Source of the DNA: Takakia lepidozioides
Lineage: Eukaryota > Plantae > Bryophyta
Direction of reading: 5' to 3'
DNA length: 64,000 bases
Assembly (NCBI GenBank): GCA_030704615.1
Contig: CM060733.1
Location: forward strand, 68,820,001 to 68,884,000
Part shown: positions 10,320 to 21,540 of the stretch, piece after piece
Layout: every line of letters starts with the position of its first letter
Numbering within the stretch: the stretch's first letter is position 1
Made by a program: the position numbers and the translations under genes
The notes under the pieces: generated by a model
What the model saw: the letters and a program-made list of their open reading frames with translations, nothing else
Database searches by the model: none
Told to the model about the DNA's origin: nothing

Positions 10320-11830
10320 ATGCGAATGCGGCGCCGCATTTCCGTTAAGTACCATCACGAAGCTACACATCCGTGCTTGTTGGAAGAAAATGCGGCACCG
10401 CATTTCCGTTCCACCTTCACATACCTTAGTTGTTGAACGGAAATACGGTGCCGCATTTCCGTCCCACAGCTCCATGTATGAGATACAAAAGGGAAATGCG
10501 GCGCCGCATTTCCGTTCAGGAATGTCGAAACCTGCGATCCGGACGGAAATGCGGCACAACATTTCAGTTCCCCGTGGTTCATGATTTTCAATCTGAACGG
10601 AAATGCGGTACCGCATTTCCGTTCCCCCTTCACATACCTTAGTTGATGAACGGAAATGCCGTGCCACATTTCCGTTCGGGAAAGTATAGAGGTCTCAGCT
10701 GAACGGAAATGCGGTGCCGCATTTCCGTCCCACAGCTCCAGGCCTCATATACAAAACGGAAATGCGGCGCCGCATTTCCGTTCTAGAATGTCGGAAGTTG
10801 CGACGCATTTCTGTTCCCGCTGTTGACGATTTTCAGTCAGAACGAAAATGCGGTACCGCATTTCCGTTCTGTAGAGTATTAAGGTCTGACCCTGGCGGAA
10901 ATGCGGTGCCGCATTTTCGTTCCAAAGCTCTATGCCTCACATACAAAACGGAAATGCGGCGCCGCATTTCCGTTCTGGAATGTCGGAAGGTGTGACTCTG
11001 ACGGAAATGCTGTACCGCATTTCAGTTCCGATGTTTTACGATTTTTCATAAGAACGGAAATGCGGTGCCGCATTTCCGTTCTGGAGAGTATGAAGGTCTC
11101 ACCTGGGCGGAAATGCGGTGCCGCATTTCTGTTCTAGCTTGTGAGGGAGGTGCGACTCGGATGGAAATGCGCTGCCGCATTTCAGTTCCGATGGTTCACG
11201 ATTTACAGTCAGAACGGAAATGCGGTACCGCATTTCCGTTCTGGATAGTATGAATGTCTGAAGCGGTCGGAATTGCGCTGTCTCAAGCGATCGGAATCGC
11301 ACTCGGCTCCATGCATCAGATACAAAACGGAAATGCGGCGCCGCATTTCGGTTCTGGAATGTCGGAAAGTGCGACTCGGACGGAAATGCGGTGCCGCATT
11401 TATGTTCCCGTTGTTCATAATTCTCAATCAGAACGGAAATGCGGTACCGCATTTCCGTTCCACCTTCACATACCGTGCTTGCTGGATGGAAATGCGTTAC
11501 CGCATTTCCGTTCTGGAGAGTATGAAGGTCTCACCCGGGCGGAAATGCGGTGCCGCATTTCTGTTTCCTTTGTTCATGATTCTCAATCAGAACGGAAATG
11601 CGTACCGCATTTCCGTTCCACCTTCACATACCGTGCTTGCTGGATGGAAATGCGTTACCGCATTTCCGTTCTGGAGAGTGTAAAGGTTTCCCCCGGACGG
11701 AAACTCGGTGGCGCATTTCCGTCGCTCTGGTGCATGACCAAGATGCAATACGGAAATGCGGCGCCGTATTTCCGTCCAGCAGCAATCGAAAGAATCACTC
11801 CGGACGGAAATCTGAAACCTCATTTCCGCA
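10320..11830. repeat. Array of about 27 family-A palindromes at about 53-bp period between the divergent genes
   Basis: CGGAAATGCGGYRCCGCATTTCCG near 10388, 10440, 10493, 10546, 10600, 10653, 10705, 10759 ... 11752. Spacer types recur as a higher-order repeat. Confidence 0.95.
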
Positions 11831-12209
11831 TGCTGAACCTGAATGGGTTGCATTGTTCCAAAACAACAGAATTGCGGCCAGTCTTGATGAGCACAACTAG
11901 GTTGTCTGACCGTTTTAACTAACAGTCCTGGCACTTGTCAGTGCGAACGCTCCTGTCTGTACCGAGAATACTGCTGGATCCACCCTCAGGAGAAACTGTC
12001 AGGAGATGTTATTTCGTCGCCGATTCGGCCATCATTGTCTAACTTACTGGCTATGGAATCACACCTCCCACCTTCATGCATGTAGCTTGAAACTATACTT
12101 TCCACTTCAATGTGCGACTTCCAATCGTCGATGGACTCCGCATGGTGCCTGTGAGCCTTCGTCTGTCGCTATACTGAACCTCGCACTTGCCAACTTCGTG
12201 CGGTCTTCG

Positions 12210-15200
12210 ATGGCTCCGAATTCCTACGCTATAGTTTGCTGTCCTCCGCAACTTGGGAGAGCCTGGATCCCAAACGAGGGAGGACTTTGCAGAGTGACTG
12301 AAACTTACCTTTGTTCTAAATTCAAGCTCAAACCGGGCACAGTTTATTTGGAAGAAGAAAGGAAGGATGTTCCTGGACAGGTTGACGAGACCATTGTCGT
12401 GCTAGGTAACGACGGAGGTTGCGGAATCGAATGGCACGTACCCCCATCAGACACCATCCTGTACCGAGCTGTGGGAATGCCCATTCCCTTTCCGAATCAG
12501 TCGCTGCCCACACCATCCACAAAGGAGTCCGGAAACCGACAGGCGGCCACTGCCAACAGAGAGGTATGCAACGATAATCATTCCCGACCTGGACCGTCAA
12601 GACCCTCCATAGCTTCTCGTGTGGACGTATTCGACATTTCCGACGATGAAGATGAGTGCATTGAGGTCCCCATGTCCTCCACACGGTCGTTCAAATCCGA
12701 CATGGACGTCTCTGCAGGTGCTACGCATGTACTCTCGAGCATAACTCCAACCCGGTCCATTGTGCAGCTCCTACGGCAACATCACCTCGATGGTTCTCGC
12801 TCCGAGCTGGCTGCTCTCGACTATGCCAAATTTCCGGTCAGGAAGGTAACGTATCTGCCTCCCGAAGTCGATGGCAATGTCATCTTGAGTTTCCACCTGT
12901 CACTTCCTCAAACAAAGCCTCAGGGATGTTAACAGACATGGATCGAAAGCATGACGGACACCCTGGTGTGTGACGAAGACCAGTAGCACGAAAATTGCTG
13001 ATGGTGTTCGTGTACGATACGTCCTCTGTGCGGGGAAGCTGAGGTGCCTGAATCCCGCCTGCTTCCACTTTCTTTCCAAAGGAGGGCGGAGAAACGAGAC
13101 GGATTGGACTGGCACAACGCATCATCCATTCATTGTCTCCAGCCAAGCTCCTGCGGGTACTTTCAAGTGCGCACATTGCAAAGAACCACCGACGTGCATG
13201 TCCATGTGCAGAGCCAAGCAATATTACGTAATCCATTTGCTCCCGGACTTGACTAGAGCTTGCATACACGTTGGGGTCCACTGCCACCCCTTGGCGAGAG
13301 GCAACATGCGTGAGGCTGTGCAGGAAGCACACGACATCATAAAAGAGGAGGTGAAATTGAGCCCCGGAGCCAGACCAAAGCAGATTCAGCTGAAGGCAGC
13401 CCACAAGATTGCTCTTGGCAAAATCATGTCTGAAGATGGTTCAGACCGAGTGCCCTTGAACGAAGAGGAGATGCTTGACCTGTTGGAGTCCGTCTCGCAC
13501 GTTTGTAGTCCGAATGTGCGGAATCACATCGTATCTTGCAAGCAGGAGTTCGGCCGGGGGTCGGACATGCACTCAATCCTGGAGGTGAAACGAATGACTG
13601 GATATGACTACATCCAAGGTAGCAGGTTTCCAGGGCAAGGCAGCGAATCCGATCGTTGTTACATTTTTAAAATGTCGACGTGTGGGCCTGGGAGTGGAGT
13701 CGACTTGGTCACTCGCATGACAACTGGAAACCTGTCGAATGCTTGGGTGATGTTTGATCACATCAAGCGAATTACAAACCATCAGTGGGTGACTATGGGT
13801 GCGCATGTTTATGACTATCACTCCAAGAGGCTCATGACGATTGCAATCTGCGAGATGAAAGGGGAGGACACACAGTCGGAGATGCATCTGTGGGAGGGCA
13901 TAAACGAGCAGATGGCAAGGGCAGGATTGCCAGAGCCCAATTTCAGGGGATTCATGGCAGACAACGCTCAGGCCAACTGGGCAGCGGTGCGGCGTGTGTA
14001 CGGTGAGGACCCCAATGTGCCAATGGAGGGGAAAGAGAGATCCTGTGGATTCCATTGGATGCAGAGTCTATCCCACTACACTACCAAATTTGTTGCTAGC
14101 TCATTCCAGGCTGAACACCGTGTCCTTTGTACGGCGTGGAAGGATGCACCCACATTTGATGACGCGGAGGTTAAGTTTGCTATCATCGAGGCTTGGTGGA
14201 ACACGTCAGGTGTAGTGGAGACAACCAATCTGGGAGCCTTGCACAGCTGGTTGGGGTGGTGGCATTTCCGGTATCGACAGTTCGGACAGTACATGCGGGA
14301 GATATGATGCTGTCATTTTTGTACAATTGTCTTTCTATTACGGACCTTTCCATTGGTTCCTCACCATTGTTTGTGTCCTTGTAGGAGCGGTGCTTGGATT
14401 CCGACACGGACATGCCGAACACGAATATGGCAGAATCAGTGCACTCCTCCTGGCGAGCGTCTTCTGCCGCACATCTGGTGGACGTAGTGACGGCCACAAC
14501 GGAGGACATCGATAGAGCAATCATGCAGCAAGCCACGTACTACAAGTTCCTGAGCGGGAAACAATGGGGCTTTGGGCCGGACAGGGAGGAATTGTTGGTG
14601 CGAACAGTTTCGAGGTCGAAGAATCCACTGAAATGGGCGACAACATTGCGAGAGAAGATCAAAGGGACGCCTCTGCACCACAGAGGTGAGCACCTAGAGG
14701 GGGACGTCCGTACTCGCCCTGTGAGGCGGAGGATTGAAGAGGAACCCGGGTGCGAAGAGGATTCCTAGAGATCCGACAGGAACATTTGGACAGCACCTCG
14801 AGGGCCCGTCATGTTGCCGCACAATGTGTCTTCCAGCAGTGGAAGCCCAAGAAATTCCAGATCGCCATCGCCTTCAAGCGGGGATTCCGTGCGAGAAATT
14901 CCCACCGCTCGCTTGCCCCAGATTCCGCCCGCTGTTATGCAGTATGGCCAAGCCATTGTGGAGACGACTGTGTCTGCGTCACAGTGGAGAATTGCTCGCA
15001 CAAAGCCGTCGTTTCGAGGCAGGTGTTCCGCAATTCGAGTGGATACACGGCAACGTTGTTTAGAGATGATAAAGAGGAATCCAGATGGTGTTGTCCCTGC
15101 TCCTACTTTTACAGGAAGATTTGTCCATGCAAAGTTTGCGGAGGCGACAATCACCCAGTTCTGGTTCTGCAAGCACGACATTATGACTTGCGTGTATGGA

Positions 15201-15814
15201 AAGCCCAAGTACGGCATACAAACAATGCCAGAGGCTCCCCCGGTGTGGCCGGTGGAACCAGGCTGCGATCTGAGTCAGGTTGAGGCCGACGCCCTTACCG
15301 CCGCAGGATTTCGGATGGTGCAGCGCACTGACGTCCCCAGACAACCATTTCCGCTTCCACAGCCTCCACCACCGACCCCTGTGAGAGCAAGAACAATGGG
15401 ACCCGACAGCTCTAAGCATCCTATACACCGTTGGGGGAAACCGAAGAGGCGGCAACCTCCCTCAAAAGTGAACGAGACAAGGATGGGGAATGCACTTCGG
15501 ATGAACTGTACAATCCAGAGCTCGACAAAAGTGCCCCCACCAGGCTTCGGGCGTGTGTATCAGATGGCCACGGCAGGCTCAGCTGTTTGCAATGAGGTGT
15601 ACACCATCACCATTTCAGAATTACCCACCTGCAATTGCACCGATTTTCAGATCATGGCGAACAAGGGGGCATCATACTGCCCTTGCAAGCATCTGTACTA
15701 CGTGTACCTAAAGAGACTCCGGTGAATTCCACAACTCATCACTTCATACATGCACCAGGGTTGAGCCCCCAAGAGGTGCACACTCTTCTGAATATGGATC
15801 CAGGGGACCAGTGA
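12210..15814 (+). pseudogene. Mutator-family (MULE) transposase with GCM/WRKY-like Zn domain, DDE core and C-terminal SWIM finger
   Basis: DGHPW..C.G.L.C.NP.C..CAHC..C..HVGVHCHP. Catalytic pattern VMFDH / FMADNAQANW / CGFH / NTNMAESVH. SWIM CNC..CPCKH. Intron at about 14302-14384. Frameshifts near 12886, 12962, 14790 and 15722, and TAG at 14766. Confidence 0.88.
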
Positions 15815-16641
15815 CCTTGGCTTGCGGTCCCAACACAATGGTACGCCCATCCTTTTCGGATAGTAGAACTGTACTGCTGTAAGTAGCTCTGACTCTGGCC
15901 ACAGAAAGGTCCGACTTATGTCTTGCCTACCAGTAACCTGTTTTGCTCGAACGTCGATAATACTATGTCATTCACTCGTGTTTCCACGTGCATGTATTTT
16001 TGTGTGTTGGAGGGTTCCTGTTTTTCTTCTCTCCCAAACTTTGCTTTCCTCATTCGACCCCAGAAAAGAAATGCGGCGCCGCATTTCCAAGTAACGTCGT
16101 AGGTACTGGTAGATGCGGCAATCAGCAACACCAAACCGCCCAGAAATTTCGCACGTGCGAACCCTAATGCGGCACCGCATTTCCTAGTTCACTTGCAAAA
16201 CTTTCCCGCCAAATACTGGAAGATGACAGAATTGTGCAGACTCTATTGGTTCAGTCGCGGCAAAAGGGTCAGCTTCATTCCAATGTTAAGGCATGTAAAA
16301 CCGCGGAATACTCTATACAGGCCAGTATGCGACGTCCTTTTGCCGTGGTATACTGGATTTCTTGTTGCACGGTCACTCATTTCCATGAGCGGATCTAAAA
16401 AACCATGAGCGGAGTTGTTACTGATGACATATCTTTGCCGCATTACAGGATCCTTAACTTCCAAAAACGGCAAGGTCAAATATAAAACTATTATTTTAAT
16501 ACATGTTTAATCTGCCGCATTTCCAAATTTGGAGGAGTCCACTCATGAAATCCGCGTGTCTTAGACTTCGGCTCACCGCTCATGCGGCTCATGCGGCTCA
16601 TGGCTCATGGCTCATGGTTTCTGCTCATGAAATAGTAAACC

Positions 16642-19600
16642 TCATCGTCTTCGAGCTGTCAGAGTTGTTGTTAGAATGTTGCCCACGGCCAGAGCGCCCA
16701 CCTCTTTGGTACGAGCCTCTGCCTCTTGTGCTTCTGCCTCTGTTGTTACCAGTCTTGCCTTTTGCGGAGGAGTTTGTCCATCCGGGCGCTGCCTTTTGTA
16801 GCCACTGAATTGTGGTTTTGGAAGGCTGTCAGAAAAAGCTCCAGGCTTAATCATCTTCTCAACATATCTGGCACCTTTTGCTTCACCCATTTTGCTAAGT
16901 AATTTAGCATTAGGGTGTGCAGCAAATTCGCATGCGGCCTCCATGATAATCTCCCGTGTCATTTGAAAGGTTATTTGTGCCAAGACCGCTGACCTGGCAA
17001 CTTTCATCATCCATACCAAGAAGTTGTAATACTTTGCCTGTATGGATGGGTAAGCATCATTGGGGAAGAACACCGTCAGATTGTTGAGCATGAACCACAC
17101 AAGGTGGTCAAACCAAGCAACACTTCCCATGCAAGATGACGGCGCACCTCCAGATCCACAATTACATCTGATGTATGGCCTATGCCAGTTAAACAACTGA
17201 CTCTTGTGGTTCCGAGACCTTGTTGAACCAGTAGGCATGTCATTCTTTGTCCTTAGAGTCATGTTGTCCCCTTTCTCACAGAGCTTGTAGTAGAAGGTTT
17301 TCAATGGCCAAGAACGCAATAGGTTCTTTTTTGAACCTTTGGATCCCTTCTTTTGCATCTGCTGCACACCTACTACGTTCAGCAGGTGTAAGGTTGGCCC
17401 ATTTGACCCACATGTCAATTGATATGGGTGCAATCAGATTGATATTGGCCTGGGGGTGCCACATCTTGTGGTCGTTGTTAGCAACCTCAAGCTCCACGGC
17501 TCTAGGGGGCATCCAAGGGACAAACTACAGGTTACCTGGAGTTGCTCCCGCAGCCCTTTCTTGCTCCACTTGGGAAAGTTCCACTTGTTCATAGAAGTCC
17601 CTCACTGCATCCAATTCCTCTTCAGGTACCACCATGTTCCCGAGTATGGGATGGTTAGTGATGGACGGAATGAAGTCTTTTTCCATTGTGTTGGAGGACT
17701 TCTGTGTGGGAGCTGACTGCTCATCATCAGGGTTAGCAATTCTGAGTGCTTCCTCAATTGCAGCTCATTTCTTCTCCCAAAACGTCATTTCACTAGCATC
17801 TTGCTCCAATATCTTAACCAATTTATCGCTGTATTCCTTGAGTCTTACAAGGTAACTGCCTTTTCTGTTTGCACATATTCCAAGGGCTACCCAATCCTCC
17901 AGGGCTAGTGTCTCAAGCAATAGGACAGGATTTTCATCACCTGAATCATTAATAGCTGCAGAGTCCAGCATTTGCACTGTAGAATGAAAATCACTTGGAG
18001 TGATTTGTGTGAGGGTAGCTTGTACAACAGGAATCGGAGGGGGAAGAGGGGATTGGTACCCCAATGCCTTGAGGTCATCACTCCATTCAGGAACATGCTT
18101 GGTCACCTTCTGCCATAAAAAATGAAGTCAGTGCATCATAAACAGATTTGGAAAGTGAAGGGAGCAAGACTGATAACGTGTACAGACACCACTAAGTACA
18201 TTGGTCAAGGAAAGAGAGGGAAGATACTATGTCTTGTCGGGACAAGGACAGGACCAAACATGGTCATTGTCAATTTTTACGACAAATCAACCTCATGAAG
18301 AGGCATTATCAGTCAAACTCCACTTCAAATCAGATCTTATGATGACCTCCATTACATTTCAAAGACGAAGAATCTACCTGGTAGATTTCAATGACAAGAA
18401 AATACGGGTGGGAGGGTGGGATTACTTAGAATATCCCCTCCTTATAATAATCCAACTTTATATTCTAAGGAACAGTATGCTAAACAAGTGTTACCAGCCT
18501 GTTTTTATGCCTGTTTTAGAATTATAAGCTATGGGTGGCATCTAAGCAAACAATTAAATGTTTACCTATATCATGCAATAGTACTGCTCATTTGGAACCC
18601 AAAAGTTCCAGCTATTTTCCATTAATCACACAACCGGGATATTAAATCATCTGGTTACTTGATAAGATAACCAATTTTTTAATAACAACAACCCAGAGCT
18701 TATCTGCTACATTTTTAGAACTTCTTGTAATCATGACATAGAGTCAAAACTCATTGCATTGTTTAGTAAGCTTGATTTCCCAGAACTGCTTTCTACTACA
18801 GTGTTCTGTATCAGAATATGCCATAGCTAGCAAAAAACAAACAGCTATCTTTTTTGTAACATAAAATCCAGAGCCATGTTGTAGGTTAATCAGTCTTTGA
18901 TTACCAAGCAACAGCAGAGGCTTCTCTTTAAAACAACCAGACCTGGATTAGGTCTGGGGTCATTATGTTACAACCTTGACAAGGTGTTTGCAAGGCAAAA
19001 AAGACTATTAATGAAGTTCAAAAAGGCCATAGTTCCCACACTTGTTCAAACCCTGGTGTTACACAGGTTTTGAATCGATAACATCTGAAAAAAAATATTG
19101 TGTAGCCTGATATTTTTATCAAGCCAAAGCAGCTGAAATCATTTAATCTAACCCAACTAAAGCTTGGAGGGGTTTTAGAAGAGCTCGATTCTGGGTCCCC
19201 ACCAACTCATGTTTCTTGTGTGTCTTGGCATCAATCATGCCAGAGCAGAAATAGTGAGTCATGTGTTCTTTTTTTTGTAACCCACAAGCCATAAACAAGC
19301 TGTATATAATCTGTAATTACAGGAATCATATCCAGAGCCTAGTTTAGGCCTGATGACATCAGATTTCTTACCTTAGCAGATTGTATGCAAGGTACAAAAA
19401 ACACAGATGGAGTTCAGAAAGCCACAGATGTTCCATAGTATGAGTACATAAAGGCATACAGGGCCTTAGAACAAAACAAATGCAATGCTATGTCATATCA
19501 AAACCAGCCATAGCTAGAAAGATCAAACAAACAACAGTCTTTTTTGTAATCATACAATCCAGAGCCATGCTGGTAAGTATGATGTTAATCATTCTTTGGT

Positions 19601-20573
19601 CATCAAGCAACAGAAGAGGATTTTCTTCAAACACCAGGACCTGGTTTAGGTCTGGGGTCATTATGTTACCACCTTAACAAGGTGTTTGCAAGGTAAAAAA
19701 GACATTTTAATGAAGTTCAGAAAGGCTATAGTGCCAATACATGTTCAAACCCCAATGTTACACAGGTTTTGAAGTCATAACATCTGAAAAAAAGGCTGTG
19801 TTGCCAGATATCAGAGCAGCTGATATCTTCAATCCAACCTACCAAGAGTCTATAAAGCCAGTACATGTTTTTCTAAAAAAACAAAAGCTTGCTTTTAGAA
19901 GAGTAATTCTGGGTCCCCACCAGTCCATGTTTCTTGTGGAGCAGAAACAATGAGTCCCGTGTTCTTTTATTGTAACCCAAAAGCCACAAACACAACTGTA
20001 TACAATCTGTAATTACAGAGTGACATGAAGAGGTAGCAGGTTACTTACCTTAGCAGATTGTATGCAAGGTAAAAAAGGAAAGGGGGTTCAGAAAGCCACA
20101 GAGGTTCCATAGATTGAGCACATAAAGGCATACAGGGCTTAGTATAAACCAGATGCAAGCTCTGGCGAGCCCCTACCGTGTTGATTGAAAGTATACATAT
20201 CAGAGTAGCAAATCGTGCTCTAAGCATGAAAAAAGAGCATATATTTGGTCTAGAAACCCTACTTCCAATACCATATTTCAATGCAGCGGAAATCATAACC
20301 CAGAGTCCTTAATAGAATTCATGTGTTCTAAAAGGCTCGCTAATGCACTTGCTGCTTCAACACAGAGATAAAGGTTGTAAGCATATCCAGATTGGTCAAG
20401 GTAGGGAGGCAAAAATGAGACATCTCCCTGGATAATCAGCTGATGTCGATGTCACTTCACTTGCAGGTTTGTCATCAGATTCAAGCTTCAAAAATCACAT
20501 TAAGTGAGGACCCTCACCTGGTCCCATCACAAGCCCCCACAAGAACCAACAGGTTAGTGAGAATTGTGGAACC
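16642..20573 (-). mobile_element. Penelope-like retroelement copy 1, ORF1 and upstream region (likely continues at 34240-34827 after the CACTA insertion)
   Basis: 16642-19319 is near-identical to 38000-40683. ORF1 has a frameshift and a stop relative to copy 2. The upstream part contains internally duplicated segments. Confidence 0.75.
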
Positions 20574-21540
20574 CACTAGTACAGAAACTGGTTTTTTTAA
20601 CGGCTCTTCTCACACATTTTGGTGTGAAAAAAGCGCAAGTTCACACCCCCCCTTGGTGTTAGGTTAACCTAGTCCTTTGCACCACATGTGAACTTTCTTG
20701 GTCCTGTGGAAAAAACCATCTCACACCAAACTTGCACCTGATGTGGCAGTAGGCTTAGGTGGCTCTTTTGATGGATATTTTGACGGTCGTTTTGACTGGT
20801 TAGTTCAACTACTATTTTGACTAAGTAATCTTAGTGGTCTTTCTACGGTACTTATTACACCTCGGCGCCACCATGTTTGCCACATGTATGTCAAAGGGAA
20901 TGCCACGTAATAGAGTCCATCAGAATTATTAAATAAATAATAGATATGAAGGGCTCTTCTTACGGACTCTCTCACACAGATTTAACACCAGGTTCAAGTC
21001 GTGGTGTGATCGCAATGACACTAGTGTGAATACTGTCACATCCACTGTTTTGTTCCTATTGGATGAAAAGTAAACAATTATTATTTGTTGACAAATGCCA
21101 AAATGAATAGTCATATTATTATTATTATTATTCTTATAATAAATGGGATAGCACCCCAAAAGCCATTGGTTGCTTGATTTAATATGTAATATATTATTGT
21201 TTTAGAATTTTGATTTGTTTTGTTTCATTTAAACAAAAACTTATTTAAAACATGGATAATAATTGTATTATGAACCACATTGACCAGTAGTAATGTTATT
21301 AATATTAAATATAGCAAACAACCAGCAAAATACCACATTCATGTCTACACAAGTTTAATTTGGCTTGATGTGGGAAAATGAAGTTGCCTTTGAACAAGGG
21401 GATCTTGTGATCATACATGAGAATAGCAAGAGCATCAATTCAAAAAATACTGTTCATGTCAGAAGAGCAGTTTTGTTCACCTGTCTCAGCAACCTTCAAT
21501 CCATAAAGAAAACTAAACTAAACTTGTAGCATCTTCAATA

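Larger units (their letters stand above)
1233..16641. mobile_element. Complete Mutator-like DNA transposon (MULE-A), 15.4 kb, short imperfect TIRs, with cargo
   Basis: Left end GGGGGCTGCTATTTCATGAGC, right end GCTCATGAAATAGTAAACC. 11-bp TSD TCATTGTCTTC (1222-1232) / TCATCGTCTTC (16642-16652). The empty site is visible in the paralogous copy at 38000-38010. Subterminal CATGAGC repeats at both ends. Encodes a MULE transposase. Confidence 0.92.

Noticed and set aside
10320-11830. CRISPR-like look: palindromic 22-26 bp repeats with about 30-bp spacers
   Set aside because: Spacers recur as higher-order repeats, there are no cas genes, the context is eukaryotic, and the same motif occurs singly in introns.
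18100-20570. Hammerhead ribozymes expected in PLE repeats (CTGATGA near 19350)
   Set aside because: No properly placed stem II and GAAA found by eye. A covariance-model search is needed.
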